A stretch of 64,000 nucleotides of DNA from an uncultured delta proteobacterium (GCA_963727625.1 CAVSHR010000007.1:32001-96000), one strand, 5' to 3'; shown: positions 32,381-44,952, counted from the first letter of the stretch. Numbers and translations: made by a program. Notes: generated by a model not told the origin, from the sequence alone.

Positions 32381-35300
32381 TGAGTCTCCTTCATCATCGG
32401 GTCGGTGGATTGACTCTGAGTCAAGCACTCCTCGGCCGATAGCGCCTGGCTGATGCATGCGCTCAGTTTCTCAGCTAGAACTTCAACGTGAGGCTCGTAA
32501 ACCAGATTGGCGTGATTGCCCGGAACGAGATGAACCTCCACCCCCGCGCTAGCCCACTCGCTCCAGCCCAACGTCGGGTCAGGAGACGTTCCCGCAAGCT
32601 CTTCACTAGCCTTGAACAGAGCGATTCGACCCGGGTAGAGATGCAATGCGTAGTTCTGCGTAGCTCGCAGATCGCTCTTGAGGAGGTCGACAAAACGGCG
32701 AGCCTCGGAGACGTCAATCTCCGCGGGCACCAAGCCGGCGCTCTTCGCCTGCTCCAGCATAAAGGCTAACTGTTCGTCTTTGGGAAGCTGAGCAAGGGAT
32801 TCCATGGGGCCAAACGAAATACCGAAGTAACGTTCAACCAACAACACCGCTTCATAATCTTCCTCGGGAAACGTCTCATCGGCAGTGGGAATCCGCCCAT
32901 CCAATAAGGCGAGCAACGCAACCCGCTCACCTTGCGCGTGAAGCTGCTGCGCCATTTCGAAGGCGACAACGCCTCCCATGGACCATCCTCCCAGAAGGTA
33001 CGGCCCCGCCGGCTGCACGGTCTGCATCGCTTCGATGTAATATGCGGCCATATCTTCAATCCGCGTGTGCGGCTCTTGTCCTTCTTCCAGTCCCCTAGCT
33101 TGCAGCCCATAGCAGGGTTGATCGGCGTCCAGATGCTGCGCCAAATAAATGTAAGGAAAAACATGTCCGCCAGCCGGATGCACCAGGAAGAGCGGCCGCT
33201 TGCTGCCATCAGGCTTAATGGCCACCAAAGATGACTGAGGTCCCGGCTTGGCCTGTTGGCGGAGAAGACTGGCGAGATGCTCAACCGTCGCTCCCTGAAA
33301 GACGGTCGTCAGGGGAAGTTTTCTACCCAGTCGTTTCTCGATTAAGGCGAACAGACGGACAGCCAGGAGAGAGTGCCCGCCCAGCTCAAAAAAATTGTCT
33401 CTCACCCCGACAGGGCGAATGCCTAGAACCTCCTCCCAGATCTGAGCGAGTTGGAGTTCCAGGTCATCTCGGGGAGCCACGAATTCCTTATCGAGTTCGG
33501 GCCGTGTTCGGTCGGGTGCCGGCAAGGCTCGGCGGTCTACCTTCCCGTTGGGCATCAACGGCAGGGCATCGAGCAGCACGAAGAGCGCCGGCACCATGTG
33601 CTCGGGCAGTTTCTCTTTGAGAAAACTGCGCAGGTCAGTGGTTGTGGGGACGGGGTCGCGGTCAGCGACTACGTAGGCCACCAACCGCTTCTCTCCGGGA
33701 GCGTCTTCCGGAGCTAGGACGACAGCCTCCCGCACGGCTGGGTGTTGGTCGAGCGCTGCTTCTATTTCTCCCAGTTCGATGCGGAACCCGCGGATCTTCA
33801 CCTGGTGGTCGACACGACCCAAAAACTCAATGTTCCCATCGGGCAGATAGCGGGCCAGGTCCCCGGTTTTATACAGGCGTGCTCCCGGCTCCTCGCTGAA
33901 GGGGTTGGGAACGAACTTCTCGGCTGTCAGCTCCGGTCGGTTGAGATAGCCTCGGGCCAGGCTAACCCCGCCGATGTGGAGCTCACCGGGAACTCCAACC
34001 GGGACAGGGTTGCCGTAGCTGTCTAGAATGTAGATCTCTCGGTTGGCGAGCGGACGGCCGATGGGAATCCTCTGAAAAGTCCTATTCTCGCAAAGTCGGG
34101 GACTCAATTCGAAGGCCGTTGCCGTTATCGTCGTCTCCGTAGGCCCGTAAGCATTGAGCAGACGAACTGAATGCAGCGGTGTTCGCTGCCAGAGGTTGAG
34201 ACCATCGGGCGACATCGTATCTCCGCCGACAATGAAGAGCCTGGGCTGAATGTTCGGAACCAGCTCCGGGACATCCGCCCACTGTCGAGCCAGTTCTTGC
34301 CAGTAAGCCGATGGCAGATTGAGCACCGTGAGTCCAAACTCCGAAATTTTTTGATGAAATTCTCCCGGATGCCACACATCTGTGCCCATCACAACCAGCT
34401 TGGCCCCAACGATCAGTGTCGGCAGGATTTCCTCCAATGAGACATCGAAACTCAATGAAGCAAACTGGAGTACCCCATCGCTGGCATCCAGTTCGTAGTA
34501 CCTTTGAGCACTACGGCAGTGATCCGCGATCGAGCCATGCGAAACCAAGACTCCCTTTGGCTGAGCCGTGGACCCGGAGGTGTAGATTACGTAAGCGAGG
34601 TTTTCGGGCGTGGTTGCGCTGATGGGGTTCTCCCCGCTTTCACTGGTAATGGCCTCCCAGTCTGAATCCAGACTGATGACTCTGGCCTCACATTCAGGCA
34701 ACCCCGCCGTCAACCGCTTTTGGGTCAACAGCACCGGCACCTGGGCATCTTTCAGCATCAGGGCCACGCGCTCTTTGGGATACGCCGGGTCCACTGGGAC
34801 GTAAGCTCCACCGGCTTTGAGAATTCCCAGAAGTCCAATGACCATTTCCAACGATCGCTCGATGCAAATGCCCACCAGCACTTCCGGGCCAACGTTCAGC
34901 GTACGCAGGTAATGGGCCAATTGATTGCTGCGGCGGTTAAGCTCCTCGTACGTCAACTGTTCATGTTCAAACCCTACCGCGATGGCGTCAGGCGTTCTCT
35001 GCGCCTGAGCCTCAAAGAGCTGATGAACACACAAATCCCGCGGATTATCGGTCTTGGTATCGTTCCACTCCACCAGTAGTTGCTGCCGCTCTGCATCGGT
35101 TAAGAGCGGCAGGCCCGAGAGGCGCTGTTCGGGATCGGTGACCATGGCCTCCAGTAAGATCTGAAAGTGGCCCAGCATCCGAACAATCGTGGCGGCCTCA
35201 AACAGATCGGTGTTGTATACGAATGATGCCGTCAGCCCTTGATCGGCGTCGACTACCACAAGGGTCAAATCAAAGTGAGCCGTCTCGCTGTCCGCTTCGA

Positions 35301-38300
35301 CAGGGCTCAGGGTCAATCCCGGCAACTCGACCGCACGCATTGAAGCATTTTGCAGCACGAACATCACCTGAAAGAGCGGATTGCGGCTCAGGTCCCGCTT
35401 GAGACGCAATTCCTCTACTAGCCGATCAAAGGGCAGGTCCTGATGGCCATACGCCCCCAGACATACCTCGCGCACTCGCCGCAAGAGATCGCGAAAACTG
35501 GGATTGCCTGAAAGGTCCGTACGCATGACCAGTGCGTTGACGAAGCAGCCGATCAATCCCTCGATCTCCAGCCGATTACGGTTGGCGATCGGCGTGCCAA
35601 CGATGAGGTCGTCTTGACTCGTGTAGCGATACAACAAAACCTTAAACGCCGCCAAAAATGTCATGAACTGGGTAACCCCTTCCTGGCGACCCAGCGCTTT
35701 CAATCCCTCGGTCAGGGTCCTGGGCAACATCACCGATTGGTGCGCACCCCGGAAAGTCTGAAGAACAGGCCTGGGGTGGTCGGTGGATAGCTCGAGAAGA
35801 GAGGGGGCGCCGGCCAGTTGCTGCTTCCAATAGGCAAGCTGGGTCTCCAGGACTTCCCCCTGCAACCATTGTCGCTGCCAGTGGGCAAAGTCCGCATATT
35901 GGATCGGCAACTCAGGCAGCGACAAGGACTGTCCGGAGGAATAGGCTACATAGAGCCTGGCCATCTCTCTGATCAGTATTCCCGTTGACCAACCGTCGGA
36001 AACAATATGGTGCATCGTCAGTAGCCCCACATATTCCTCGTCGCCCAGCCGCAACAGGGCGACCCGCACGAGCGGGCCCTGGGACAAATCGAAAGGCCGC
36101 TCCGCTGCGTCGGTGACCAACCGCCGGACCTCGATCTCGCGCTCGGCCTCCGCCAGCTTCCGCAGATCAACTACCGGCAACTTGATCATCAAGGCCGGCG
36201 CGATAACTTGAGTTGGTCGTCCATCCACCATCGCAAAGGTGGTGCGCAAGGATTCATGGCGCTTCACGATTTCGTTGAGACTTTGCTCCAGCGCCGGCAA
36301 GTTGAGCGGCCCCCTGAGGCGGATAGCGGCAGGAATATTGTAGGCGGAGTTTCCCGGCTCCAACTGATCAATGAACCACAGTCGCTGCTGGGCGAATGAT
36401 AGAGGCAGGTTTCCGTCTCGTGGAATTGGCAAAATAGGAGGCGCCAGGAGGTTCTGCCCGGCACTTTGGGCTACCGCAATACTCTCAGCCAGGCCGGCCA
36501 CGGTGGGTACCTCGAAAAGACGGCGCAGCGGCAATTCCACCTGGAAGGCTTCGCGGATTCGCGACACGACCTGGGTTGCTAAAAGAGAATGACCGCCAAG
36601 GTCGAAAAAATTGTCGTATATACCTACGCGTTCAATGTCGAGGACCTGAGCCCAGATCTCCGACAGTAGCTCTTCTGCAGGAGTGCGGGGAGGCACGAAT
36701 TCCTTATCGAGTTCGGGCCGTGTTCGGTCGGGTGCCGGCAAGGCTCGGCGGTCTACCTTCCCGTTGGGCATCAACGGCAGGGCATCGAGCAGCACGAAGA
36801 GCGCCGGTACCATGTGCTCGGGCAGTTTCTCTTTGAGAAAACTGCGCAAGTCAGTGGTTGTGGGGACGGGGTCGCGGTCAGCGACTACGTAGGCCACCAA
36901 CCGCTTCTCTCCGGGAGCGTCTTCCGGAGCTAGGACGACAGCCTCCCGCACGGCTGGGTGTTGGTCGAGCGCTGCTTCTATTTCTCCCAGTTCGATGCGG
37001 AACCCGCGGATCTTCACCTGGTGGTCGACACGACCGAGGAACTCAATGTTCCCATCGGGCAGATAGCGGGCCAGGTCTCCGGTTTTATACAGGCGTGCTC
37101 CCGGCTCCTCGCTGAAGGGGTTGGGAACGAACTTCTCGGCTGTCAGCTCCGGTCGGTTGAGATAGCCTCGGGCCAGGCTCGCCCCGCCGATGTGGAGGTT
37201 GCCGGGGACGCCGAGGGGAACCGGGCGAAGAGCCTCATCCAGAATATACATGCGCGCGTTGGGTATAGGTCGTCCGATGGGAATTGTCGAATGAGCACTG
37301 ACCCCTTCGCATAACCAATAGGTTGAATCGATGATCGCCTCAGTCGGCCCGTACACGTTATACAGCTTGGCCCCAGAGCGGTGCTGGAATCGCATGACGA
37401 CTTGAGGCGGCAAGACTTCGCCGCCGCACATGACAGCACGCAAGGCAACGGCGCCGTCGAGCGCGGGTTCCTCCATGAGGAGCCGCAGCAGGGATGGAAC
37501 GCAGTGAAAAATAGAGATCCGTTGGTTACGGATGATCTCCGCTATGTAACGGCTATCACGGTGACCCTGAGCCTCGGCGATGATCAGACTTCCTCCTGCG
37601 ATCAGGGTTGGGAAGAATTCACGCCCCGCAGCATCAAAGGTGATGGGAGTCTTCAGAAGACAGCGATCCTTAGCCGACAGCTCGAGTCTGTCGGTTAGCC
37701 AGTCGAGGGTATTGCTTAGCCCGCAATGTTCAATCATGACCCCCTTCGGCTGTCCCGTTGAACCCGAGGTGTAAATCACATAGGCAGCGTTCCTGGCTGA
37801 TGTGCACCTGACCGCATTCTCCTCACTCTCCTGAGCGATGGCCTCCCACTCTGTGTCCAGGCAGACTACCTGAATTCGAGAATTGAAAATCGAGGATCGG
37901 GGGTCGCCATCTTCTATCCCTTCAGCGGAGTTTATCCTGAGCATGGCCGAAGGGCTCAGGACAGGCTTCGATCCTCGATCTTCGACTAGCCCCGCCAATA
38001 CTCGCTGCTGGGTCAAAAGCACTGGCGCCTGCGTGTCCTCCAACATGGAGGCCACGCGCTCTTTGGGATACGTCGGGTCCACTGGGACGTAAGCTCCACC
38101 GGCTTTGAGAATTCCCAGAAGCCCAATGACCATTTCCAACGATCGCTCGATACAAATGCCCACCAGCACTTCCGGGCCAACGTTCAGCGTACGCAGGTAA
38201 TGGGCCAATTGATTGGCACGGGCGTTGAGCTGAGCGTAGGTCAGCTGGCGGCCCTCGAACACAACGGCAACGTTGTCCGGCGTGCGCTCGACTTGTTCCT

Positions 38301-39726
38301 CAAACAATTGCTGGATGCACTTGTCTTCGGGAAACTCGGTCTTGGTATCGTTGAACTCGACCAACAGTTGCCGGCGCTCAGCACCGCTCACAATCTCCAG
38401 CTCACCGATCGAGGCTTCGGGATCGCGGACGACACTTTCCAGCAACGTCTGGCACTGTCCCGCTAGGCGCTGGATATCTTCGACGCGGAACAAGTTAGCA
38501 TCGTAGTGCAGCTCCAGGGTCGGAAGATCTTCGCTTTGCACACAGGAGAGCTTCAACTTGAACCGGTCAGCGCAAGCAAGTCGCCGGTGAATCGATAGCT
38601 TGACGGCTGGGGTGGTACAACCGGCGGGCTGTTCCTCAAATTCGAAACTAGCGGGGAAAAAAAGCGGCGCCTTGATATTCCCATTGGATCCGACGATTTG
38701 TTCCCAACTAAAATACTCCTGCCATTCGAGAACATCCCGTGCCGATTGATTAACCTGCGCCAAGAGTTCACTGAACTGAAGTTTTTTTTTCAGATGACAG
38801 TGAAGCGGCAAATATTTTGCCAGCGGCCCGATTGTCTCCGATAGCCCCTCATAGGTCCGACCATCGCAGGCCATCCCGACGATAATGTCTGACGAGCCGG
38901 TGAGACGCCAAAGCAGGGTCTGCCAGCAAGCCAGGAAGAACGCGGATGCCGATGCATCATACTTCCGTGTGAGTGTTCTGATCTCTGCTGCCGTATCAGG
39001 AGTAATCGTCGAGGTTAAAAAATGCGGGTCAAAGTGCGCAAGGTGTGTGGGTCCGGACGATGGACGTTCAAAGGGAAGCTGCAAGGTAAGAAGATTAGAG
39101 ATATTCTGCTTGCGCCAGTATTCTCTGCACGCTCTCGTGTCCGCTGACTCAAGCAACTCATTTTGCCATTCTGCGAGATCGGCGTATTGCATCGGTTCGT
39201 CGGAGGATCCCTCGCAACGTGCGCCGGCGGAATAGGCACGGCTGAGTTCACGCACCAGAGTCCCAAGCGATGCCGCGTCCGCGCATAGGGAGGATAGCGT
39301 GACAAGCAACATGGTCTTGTCTGGCGACAGAGTGACGATGGATAGACGCGATAGCGGCCCCTTCTCAAAGTCGAAGGGCAACCGGCCCGCCTCCTGAAAA
39401 AGCACTTCGATTCGCGCCTCTTGTTCGGGAGCGCCCCAACCGGTCAGATCGTGGCAATCGATCGATGGTAGGCTGCCGTCAGTTATAACCTGAACGGGAA
39501 TGGACATCCCCGGCAGGCAAATAAAGGTGGTGCGGAGGATCTCGTGTCGAGCGAAAACGCTGCGCAAGGCCGCTGCTAAAATCTTTGTGTCGAGATTTCC
39601 CTCGATCAGGACGGCGCACTGGCTACAATAAGGCCGGCCGGGGTCCTCTTGCTGCAACGACCACAGATGCTTTTGCTGAGGTGAAAGGCGGAAACCTTCA
39701 ATAACTTCCTGTTGTGATCCGGTCAT
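32377..39726 (-). CDS. NRPS: degenerate C (interface-like)-A-T-C-A-T-TE
   Basis: First C has SSLCAD instead of HHxxxD; two A domains (YTSGST, YGPTE, YKTGD, NGK); two GGHSL carrier motifs; second C HHIVSDG; TE GWSMG. Confidence 0.96.
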   Translation of the reverse strand: MTGSQQEVIEGFRLSPQQKHLWSLQQEDPGRPYCSQCAVLIEGNLDTKILAAALRSVFARHEILRTTFICLPGMSIPVQVITDGSLPSIDCHDLTGWGAPEQEARIEVLFQEAGRLPFDFEKGPLSRLSIVTLSPDKTMLLVTLSSLCADAASLGTLVRELSRAYSAGARCEGSSDEPMQYADLAEWQNELLESADTRACREYWRKQNISNLLTLQLPFERPSSGPTHLAHFDPHFLTSTITPDTAAEIRTLTRKYDASASAFFLACWQTLLWRLTGSSDIIVGMACDGRTYEGLSETIGPLAKYLPLHCHLKKKLQFSELLAQVNQSARDVLEWQEYFSWEQIVGSNGNIKAPLFFPASFEFEEQPAGCTTPAVKLSIHRRLACADRFKLKLSCVQSEDLPTLELHYDANLFRVEDIQRLAGQCQTLLESVVRDPEASIGELEIVSGAERRQLLVEFNDTKTEFPEDKCIQQLFEEQVERTPDNVAVVFEGRQLTYAQLNARANQLAHYLRTLNVGPEVLVGICIERSLEMVIGLLGILKAGGAYVPVDPTYPKERVASMLEDTQAPVLLTQQRVLAGLVEDRGSKPVLSPSAMLRINSAEGIEDGDPRSSIFNSRIQVVCLDTEWEAIAQESEENAVRCTSARNAAYVIYTSGSTGQPKGVMIEHCGLSNTLDWLTDRLELSAKDRCLLKTPITFDAAGREFFPTLIAGGSLIIAEAQGHRDSRYIAEIIRNQRISIFHCVPSLLRLLMEEPALDGAVALRAVMCGGEVLPPQVVMRFQHRSGAKLYNVYGPTEAIIDSTYWLCEGVSAHSTIPIGRPIPNARMYILDEALRPVPLGVPGNLHIGGASLARGYLNRPELTAEKFVPNPFSEEPGARLYKTGDLARYLPDGNIEFLGRVDHQVKIRGFRIELGEIEAALDQHPAVREAVVLAPEDAPGEKRLVAYVVADRDPVPTTTDLRSFLKEKLPEHMVPALFVLLDALPLMPNGKVDRRALPAPDRTRPELDKEFVPPRTPAEELLSEIWAQVLDIERVGIYDNFFDLGGHSLLATQVVSRIREAFQVELPLRRLFEVPTVAGLAESIAVAQSAGQNLLAPPILPIPRDGNLPLSFAQQRLWFIDQLEPGNSAYNIPAAIRLRGPLNLPALEQSLNEIVKRHESLRTTFAMVDGRPTQVIAPALMIKLPVVDLRKLAEAEREIEVRRLVTDAAERPFDLSQGPLVRVALLRLGDEEYVGLLTMHHIVSDGWSTGILIREMARLYVAYSSGQSLSLPELPIQYADFAHWQRQWLQGEVLETQLAYWKQQLAGAPSLLELSTDHPRPVLQTFRGAHQSVMLPRTLTEGLKALGRQEGVTQFMTFLAAFKVLLYRYTSQDDLIVGTPIANRNRLEIEGLIGCFVNALVMRTDLSGNPSFRDLLRRVREVCLGAYGHQDLPFDRLVEELRLKRDLSRNPLFQVMFVLQNASMRAVELPGLTLSPVEADSETAHFDLTLVVVDADQGLTASFVYNTDLFEAATIVRMLGHFQILLEAMVTDPEQRLSGLPLLTDAERQQLLVEWNDTKTDNPRDLCVHQLFEAQAQRTPDAIAVGFEHEQLTYEELNRRSNQLAHYLRTLNVGPEVLVGICIERSLEMVIGLLGILKAGGAYVPVDPAYPKERVALMLKDAQVPVLLTQKRLTAGLPECEARVISLDSDWEAITSESGENPISATTPENLAYVIYTSGSTAQPKGVLVSHGSIADHCRSAQRYYELDASDGVLQFASLSFDVSLEEILPTLIVGAKLVVMGTDVWHPGEFHQKISEFGLTVLNLPSAYWQELARQWADVPELVPNIQPRLFIVGGDTMSPDGLNLWQRTPLHSVRLLNAYGPTETTITATAFELSPRLCENRTFQRIPIGRPLANREIYILDSYGNPVPVGVPGELHIGGVSLARGYLNRPELTAEKFVPNPFSEEPGARLYKTGDLARYLPDGNIEFLGRVDHQVKIRGFRIELGEIEAALDQHPAVREAVVLAPEDAPGEKRLVAYVVADRDPVPTTTDLRSFLKEKLPEHMVPALFVLLDALPLMPNGKVDRRALPAPDRTRPELDKEFVAPRDDLELQLAQIWEEVLGIRPVGVRDNFFELGGHSLLAVRLFALIEKRLGRKLPLTTVFQGATVEHLASLLRQQAKPGPQSSLVAIKPDGSKRPLFLVHPAGGHVFPYIYLAQHLDADQPCYGLQARGLEEGQEPHTRIEDMAAYYIEAMQTVQPAGPYLLGGWSMGGVVAFEMAQQLHAQGERVALLALLDGRIPTADETFPEEDYEAVLLVERYFGISFGPMESLAQLPKDEQLAFMLEQAKSAGLVPAEIDVSEARRFVDLLKSDLRATQNYALHLYPGRIALFKASEELAGTSPDPTLGWSEWASAGVEVHLVPGNHANLVYEPHVEVLAEKLSACISQALSAEECLTQSQSTDPMMKETQ
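33478..33981. repeat. Intragenic near-identical repeat (copy at 36694-37197)
   Basis: C-terminal parts of the two A domains are almost base-identical at an offset of 3216 bp. Confidence 0.92.
34762..34927. repeat. Intragenic near-identical repeat (copy at 38050-38215)
   Basis: N-terminal parts of the two A domains (NQLAHYL...YPKERVA) are almost identical. Confidence 0.9.
37871..37986. repeat. In-frame palindromic/heptamer insertion within A domain 1
   Basis: 11-bp IR ATCGAGGATCG/CGATCCTCGAT enclosing CCCTTC...CCTGAGC...GAAGGGCTCAGG; 33 extra aa relative to A domain 2. Confidence 0.8.
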
Positions 39727-39951
39727 AGCCTGCCATTACACCGTCGTTGGAGCTGTGGGATTTTAATGTACATTACAGCGTGGTCCTTTGGAAATTCTCG
39801 GCACGATCGGCTTCTCATATACCGGCCGTCGGTCTATCAACGGAAAACTAGCCCGATCTTCCTCTTTTTTGTTCCAGTTCGAAAATGGCGCGGCTTATTC
39901 CAGCTAATCAACAGCGTGCCGGTTAGATTCCGAAGCCAGAACTGGGACCGA

Positions 39952-40734
39952 CTACTCGTCTTCCCGAAGTAATTCATCAATGTAATGACTGATGCGATCC
40001 TTGTTGGAAGAGAGACTGGAAAACTGTTTCTCGCACACATCGCTGAATCGAGCCAAGACTTTGCGGTTGACTTCTTCCTGATCTTCAAAAATCGCAATGG
40101 ACTGGAACCGAAGCCCCCAACGCTCATATTGCAGCAGGCCGATAGTGGCGTCTCGAACTTTATCGTCGCCCGGAAGGGCTTGTACAAAGACCGGACGCTG
40201 CCTGCCATTGATATGGCAATCTACAATGTATTTTCCCTCAGGATCGTGCTCAGCATCGTGCCAGTCAAACGCGCGACGGGATTCCGGCACGTGACTTTCC
40301 ATAAAAGCCCGGAAGTCCTCCATGAAAGTGGACCTCACTCGTTCACGCGAAAGATAAGTGACGTCCGTGATTTTAAGTAAAGCCTGCACGAAGCTGTAGA
40401 GCGCGTCCCCATAGCGGTCATCTTTGATATCCACCGCCAGTTCGCCGCCTTGGTCGCTGACTGCAAACATCGACAAGGCGTTGGTAATAATTTTCTGCCT
40501 CGTCCCTCGTTGGAGATCCTTCTCGTCCATTTTATAGGTCAAGTGCATATAGGTGTGCCCCTCGTCCGAAAGCACCCAATGAGAGTTCTGACGCTTGAGC
40601 ACGATAACGAGATGATCCCCATCGTCAAACACAAACGGGGTAAAGACCTGGTAACGATCCATACCCTCAGACATCAAGTGTATGCGATCCGAAACCTTCG
40701 CTTTGAAATCTCGCTCGATAGTTTCAACTGACAT
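39952..40734 (-). CDS. DUF1828/DUF1829-like protein
   Basis: TPFVFDDGD...LSDEGHT N-terminal motif; C-terminal GKYIVDC.I...VFVQAL has a restriction-endonuclease-like pattern. Confidence 0.75.
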   Translation of the reverse strand: MSVETIERDFKAKVSDRIHLMSEGMDRYQVFTPFVFDDGDHLVIVLKRQNSHWVLSDEGHTYMHLTYKMDEKDLQRGTRQKIITNALSMFAVSDQGGELAVDIKDDRYGDALYSFVQALLKITDVTYLSRERVRSTFMEDFRAFMESHVPESRRAFDWHDAEHDPEGKYIVDCHINGRQRPVFVQALPGDDKVRDATIGLLQYERWGLRFQSIAIFEDQEEVNRKVLARFSDVCEKQFSSLSSNKDRISHYIDELLREDE

Positions 40735-40748
40735 AGCAAGCCTCCAAA

Positions 40749-41222
40749 TCAGAGGAGAGACCCCTGAGTTCCCGGAGGTAGTTCAAACGCACAATCCTGC
40801 AACAAACACTGAATTGCCCCGCTCAAATCCGCATATCGATTGGTCGTTTCGGCATAGTGCTCTTCGGCGTAGCCTGCTTCCTGATAACGTTCGGTAGCCG
40901 TGTGGATGTGAAAATCGTAGAACGTGATCCCCTCGATACGGTTCGTGTGCTCATGACTACGTCCATTATAACGCCTTAGCCGAAATAACACACTGGAGTT
41001 TGGGATCGAATATCCAAGAATGACCGAAAAGTCGAGCGGATTAAAAACGCTTTGTCGCACAATAATTTGAAACTCCGAACCACTGGTTCCCGTAATGTCC
41101 AGCTCCCGTTCCTTATGGCCGCTCTTGGCCCGTAATTGAAGTCGCGATTGATAGTCGGAGGGCAGAGCTTTGGACTCTGAGAGCAGGCTAATAATCTTTG
41201 CGTCAGTCAACTGAATTGCCAT
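40749..41222 (-). CDS. Hypothetical protein, DUF6978-like
   Basis: LRRYNG..HEHTN...FHIH motif; 14 bp upstream of the DUF1828 gene. Confidence 0.65.
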   Translation of the reverse strand: MAIQLTDAKIISLLSESKALPSDYQSRLQLRAKSGHKERELDITGTSGSEFQIIVRQSVFNPLDFSVILGYSIPNSSVLFRLRRYNGRSHEHTNRIEGITFYDFHIHTATERYQEAGYAEEHYAETTNRYADLSGAIQCLLQDCAFELPPGTQGSLL

Positions 41223-41237
41223 CAGAGTTTTCGATAT

Positions 41238-41342
41238 CTATTCTTCAAGCACGCGTCCTGTCCACCTTTCGCGTAAAAATCCAAGATCGATAAAATCGTT
41301 ATGCCAGGCCCCGCTTGCCGCTGGGATATCATCCAGGTTCAT
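41238..41342 (-). pseudogene. Possible 5' stub of a PIN/VapC toxin
   Basis: ATGA overlap with the antitoxin stop; begins MNLDDIPA, then diverges with no DTN motif. Confidence 0.45.
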
Positions 41343-41581
41343 AAATTCCAAGCATCCTCTTCCTGGACCCGGCGGAACTGTTCGGGAAGTAGCTTCATCG
41401 GACGCTCGCAGAACACGTGGTACGCGATGTCACGTTCTTTGGAACTCGCGGCGCCCGGACTCAAATACTGCACCAGCGCATCTTGAATCAGATCGCTGAG
41501 GGGCCGTCCCTCTTCGGCGGCCTTGCGCTTGGCAAGGCGCACAATGCCTTCGTCAATTAACGTTGCGATTTTCTGTTTCAT
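41339..41581 (-). CDS. Ribbon-helix-helix antitoxin-like protein
   Basis: KQKIATLIDEGIVRLAKRKAAEEGRPLSDLIQDAL fits the RHH pattern. Confidence 0.8.
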   Translation of the reverse strand: MKQKIATLIDEGIVRLAKRKAAEEGRPLSDLIQDALVQYLSPGAASSKERDIAYHVFCERPMKLLPEQFRRVQEEDAWNL

Positions 41582-41664
41582 AGGAATTACTCCTTTGGCC
41601 CGAGCATTAATCGTGGTGCTAACATTTTGTGAATTCTGGTGTCGCTTGGATTGTTCAGCGTGCG

Positions 41665-44349
41665 CTAGCCAAACCGCCCCACCAACCCCGCCAGCGTCAT
41701 GTTTTCCGCGATCGCATCATGCGGAATGAGTGCGTACTTCCACGGCTTGCCGCCGTACGTCGCCGCGTGGGCGCTTGCCTGCTGACACCATTTAACCGCT
41801 GCTTCTTTCTTCGCGAGGACGTCGGCATCCTCCATCTGATTCTTCGCCTTAGGCTCCAGCATGAAGATCGAGTCTTTCGTCTCGGCTACGAAATCGGGCT
41901 GATACTCCAGGTGATCGGCGCCGGACTTATAAAAGATTTGAAACTGTCCCTTTGCCGGCTTGAACCATTTCTCCGCTTCGCGATCTAGGATCACAGCGAG
42001 GAGTCGCTCGGCTTCGGAGTGAAATTTTTCGACAGGATAGAGCCCTCGTTTAAAACCGCCGAAGAGATATTTCGCCATATTGGACTTGTCCGCTGGCGAT
42101 ATTCGAAAATCGCTCCTCGGCTCCGACTGCGCATAGGCGCTCTGTTTCAGCTCCGTAAAGCCTTTGCTGATCGACGACCTCGTAGTCCACAGCCGACTCC
42201 CAATAGTGCTTTTGCATCTGGACGTGAATGAAACGGGCGATTTCGCGCTGGTGCAGCCGCAGGACCTTCCGTGTGTCGTCGTCCGAAAGATAGCTTTTGA
42301 AATGCCTCACGGTCTGCGGCTGCGAGATCGTAGAGCAGATCGGCATGGCTGTCATAGGCTACATCGTCGAAGTCCACCAGCCCGCTGACGATATAGTCCT
42401 CCAAACGGGCCTCGTCGATCGCGCCTTCCCCAGGCCGACGACTTCCGTTGCCGCCGGTCCTGAGATAATGCACCCAAAGCTCCTCCGAAGGCGGCTGAAG
42501 ATTCAGACGCTGCCAGATCGAGGGTGAACTGCTTAAACCCCGAACGAACCTCGCCTTTGGGAACTACCAGGATGCGCGGGATGTCGATGGTCTGTCTGAA
42601 TCACCAGTCGCTCGTCTTTGCGACCACAGCGGCGATGTCCGGCGGCTTGCGTCACGCCTCCAGTTCCAATTGTGACGGACGATACTGTGCTGGCGACTTC
42701 GCGAACCAGCTCGGCCTGGATTTCGGGGCCTCGTCAGATACGACACGCTCGGCAGCTTCTTGTGGCTGATTTTCCAGGGTTCGGATCACTTCGCGCGTAA
42801 CTTGAGCCACGCGTTCTTCCTCCGGCGTCGCAAAAACCTTGGGCTCGTCTGCGCCCGCGATTTCCGTCGTCGCTGGAAGCTGCCCGCCGGCTTAATGCCA
42901 AGCATACTATCGAGGCGTGATTGCGACACCACCGTCTTACTTTTCTGCTCAAGCTCGCCACCATCGAGCACCACCGCTTGCAGCCGAATCGGCGAATCCG
43001 ACCGATTCGCTTCATTAATAATCTCCTGGAACTTATCGTGAGCCACGATATTGAGCCGGTCCACTGCCGGAACGCCCGTGCGCTTGCCGTAAGGCAGGCG
43101 CAATCCGCGTCCGATGGATTGCTCGATGAGTATCCGGGCGTTGGCGGCACGCAGCGGAATGATCGTGTAGAGGTTGGTCACGTCCCATCCTTCTTTGAGC
43201 ATATTCACGTGGATGACGATCTCGGTCGGCTCCTCTGTGTGTTCCACCTTTAGTAGGCGCTCGACCATCTCGTCTTCTTCCGCGCCCGTCTTGCTCGAAT
43301 CCACCTGAATCACCTTGTCTTTGTAGCGGCCCTCGAAGAAATCATCGCGCTGGATCAACTGCATCAAGTGGCTGGCATGGGTCGTATCCCGCGCGATTAC
43401 TAACACAAACGGTTTCACGATCGGCTCGTCGCTTTCCCGTGCGTACGTTTCAAGCAACACCTTCGTCTGCTCGTGCAGACGCACGCCGTCTTCGAGCTTT
43501 AGGCGCTCGATTTCCTCAGACGACATTCCCGCTGGGTTAAAGTCCTTGCGCGTGACGACGGCGGGCTCTTTAACGAAGCCATCGGCCATCGCTCTCCCGA
43601 GCGGATAGTCATACACAACATTCTTGAATGCCACTGGGCCTTTGCTCGTTTCCACGAACGGTGTCGCAGTCAGTTCCAAGCCCATCAATGGCTTCAGCTC
43701 GTTGATTGCCCGTACCCCCGCGGACGCCCGATAGCGGTGCGATTCGTCCATCAATAGGACGAGATCCGGCAGCCCTGCCAAATAGTCGAAGTAACTTTCA
43801 CCGATGTACTCCGACAACCGTTTGATGCGCGGCGATTTACCGCCACGTACTTCCGAGTTGATCTTCGAAATGTTGAAAATGTTCACCTTGCACCGGATCA
43901 ACTCGTCGAAAAGCGTCCGCGCTCGCGACTCATAGTTGTCACCGGTGATAATTTCCGGTGCGTCCGTAGCGAACTCCGCGATGCCTTTAAAGACATACTT
44001 CGCCGTGCCGGGCGTAAAGTCAGCTATCAGTTTGTTATAGATCGTCAGGTTCGGTGCCAATACAAAGAAATTGTTGATGCCGTGGGCCAGGTGCAGATAG
44101 CTGATGAAAGCGCCCATGAGCCGCGTCTTGCCGACGCCGGTGGCGAGCGCGAAGCACAGCGACGGAAATTCGCGCTCAAAGTCCGTCACCGTTGGGAACT
44201 CGCTGCGAATCGCGTCCAACGCAGCTGCAACGTCCGCGCCCTTCTTGGGTGGCACGATCTCCGTGATCGCGGTCGAGAATCTCCAGCGAGTGGCGCTGGG
44301 GTGGCCGCAGGCTGAGCCGACCGGCGATGGCGTTAACGTGGTGGTTCAT
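41665..44349 (-). pseudogene. res: Type III restriction subunit Res, multiply frameshifted in this sequence
   Basis: MNHHVNAIAGRLSLRPPQ start; ATGVGKT, DESH, QSIGRGLR; C-terminal YQPDF..EPK. Indels near 44270 and clustered in about 42080-42880. Confidence 0.88.
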
Positions 44350-44358
44350 AAGATGTGT

Positions 44359-44523
44359 TTACGCACCGCTCGGTCTACGAGTTCGTTTAGGCGTGGCAAC
44401 TTTGACTTTTCTCGTCTTGCACCAAAATTCAGTCAGGTCGTGGGTGTCCCAGAACTTTCCGATGTCCGCATATGAGCACGCTTTAGAAATCGAACTTTTA
44501 CCTCGTCGAATGTTCCCTCTCAT
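44359..44523 (-). pseudogene. Truncated CopG/BrnA-like antitoxin
   Basis: 54 aa ORF below the ORF-track cutoff: SSISKACSYADIGKFWDTHDLTEFW; the DNA-binding C-terminus is missing. Confidence 0.6.
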
Positions 44524-44526
44524 GAT

Positions 44527-44952
44527 TCAGCCGCCGGGCTGGCGTTTGCGCAGCTCCGCTTCTTTAAGACCATTCTTCAACAAGTAACGCTTAATTCGGT
44601 TGAGAAACTCTCGGCATCGCCGGCACTCACCGCTCGCGTCCTCTTTGGAAAAGACTGTCTCGACGTCGTAGTCGGCTGCCAAGCGATCGTCGAGGCTCTC
44701 AACGAGATAAGCCGACCACTCGGGTTCGATTTCGCCCGGCTTAACAAGATGTAAGCCGAACATTCGCCTGACTGAGGCATGGCTTTCGGCTGCCACATCG
44801 TGGACCTGGAGGGCGGCCTTCGCTGCATGAAGAATTGCGTAATAGGCCCTCGATATTCCGTCCGCATAGCAACGGTTTCGAGTCAAAGTCTCCGCGGCTC
44901 GAAGCGCCTCGCGCGCCCTGCTCCATTCCGCCAAGACCATATTCCGATTCAT
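44527..44952 (-). CDS. HEPN domain protein
   Basis: SRAYYAILHAAKA, SHASV, RLAADYD; ATGA overlap with the MNT gene. Confidence 0.88.
   Translation of the reverse strand: MNRNMVLAEWSRAREALRAAETLTRNRCYADGISRAYYAILHAAKAALQVHDVAAESHASVRRMFGLHLVKPGEIEPEWSAYLVESLDDRLAADYDVETVFSKEDASGECRRCREFLNRIKRYLLKNGLKEAELRKRQPGG

Noticed and set aside
33478-37197. Diversity-generating retroelement TR/VR pair
   Set aside because: Both copies are coding A-domain segments, differences are few and not adenine-specific, and no reverse transcriptase is present.
39727-39951. Remnant of a TauD hydroxylase at the insert junctions (also 50700-51054)
   Set aside because: No recognisable TauD motifs on manual inspection.
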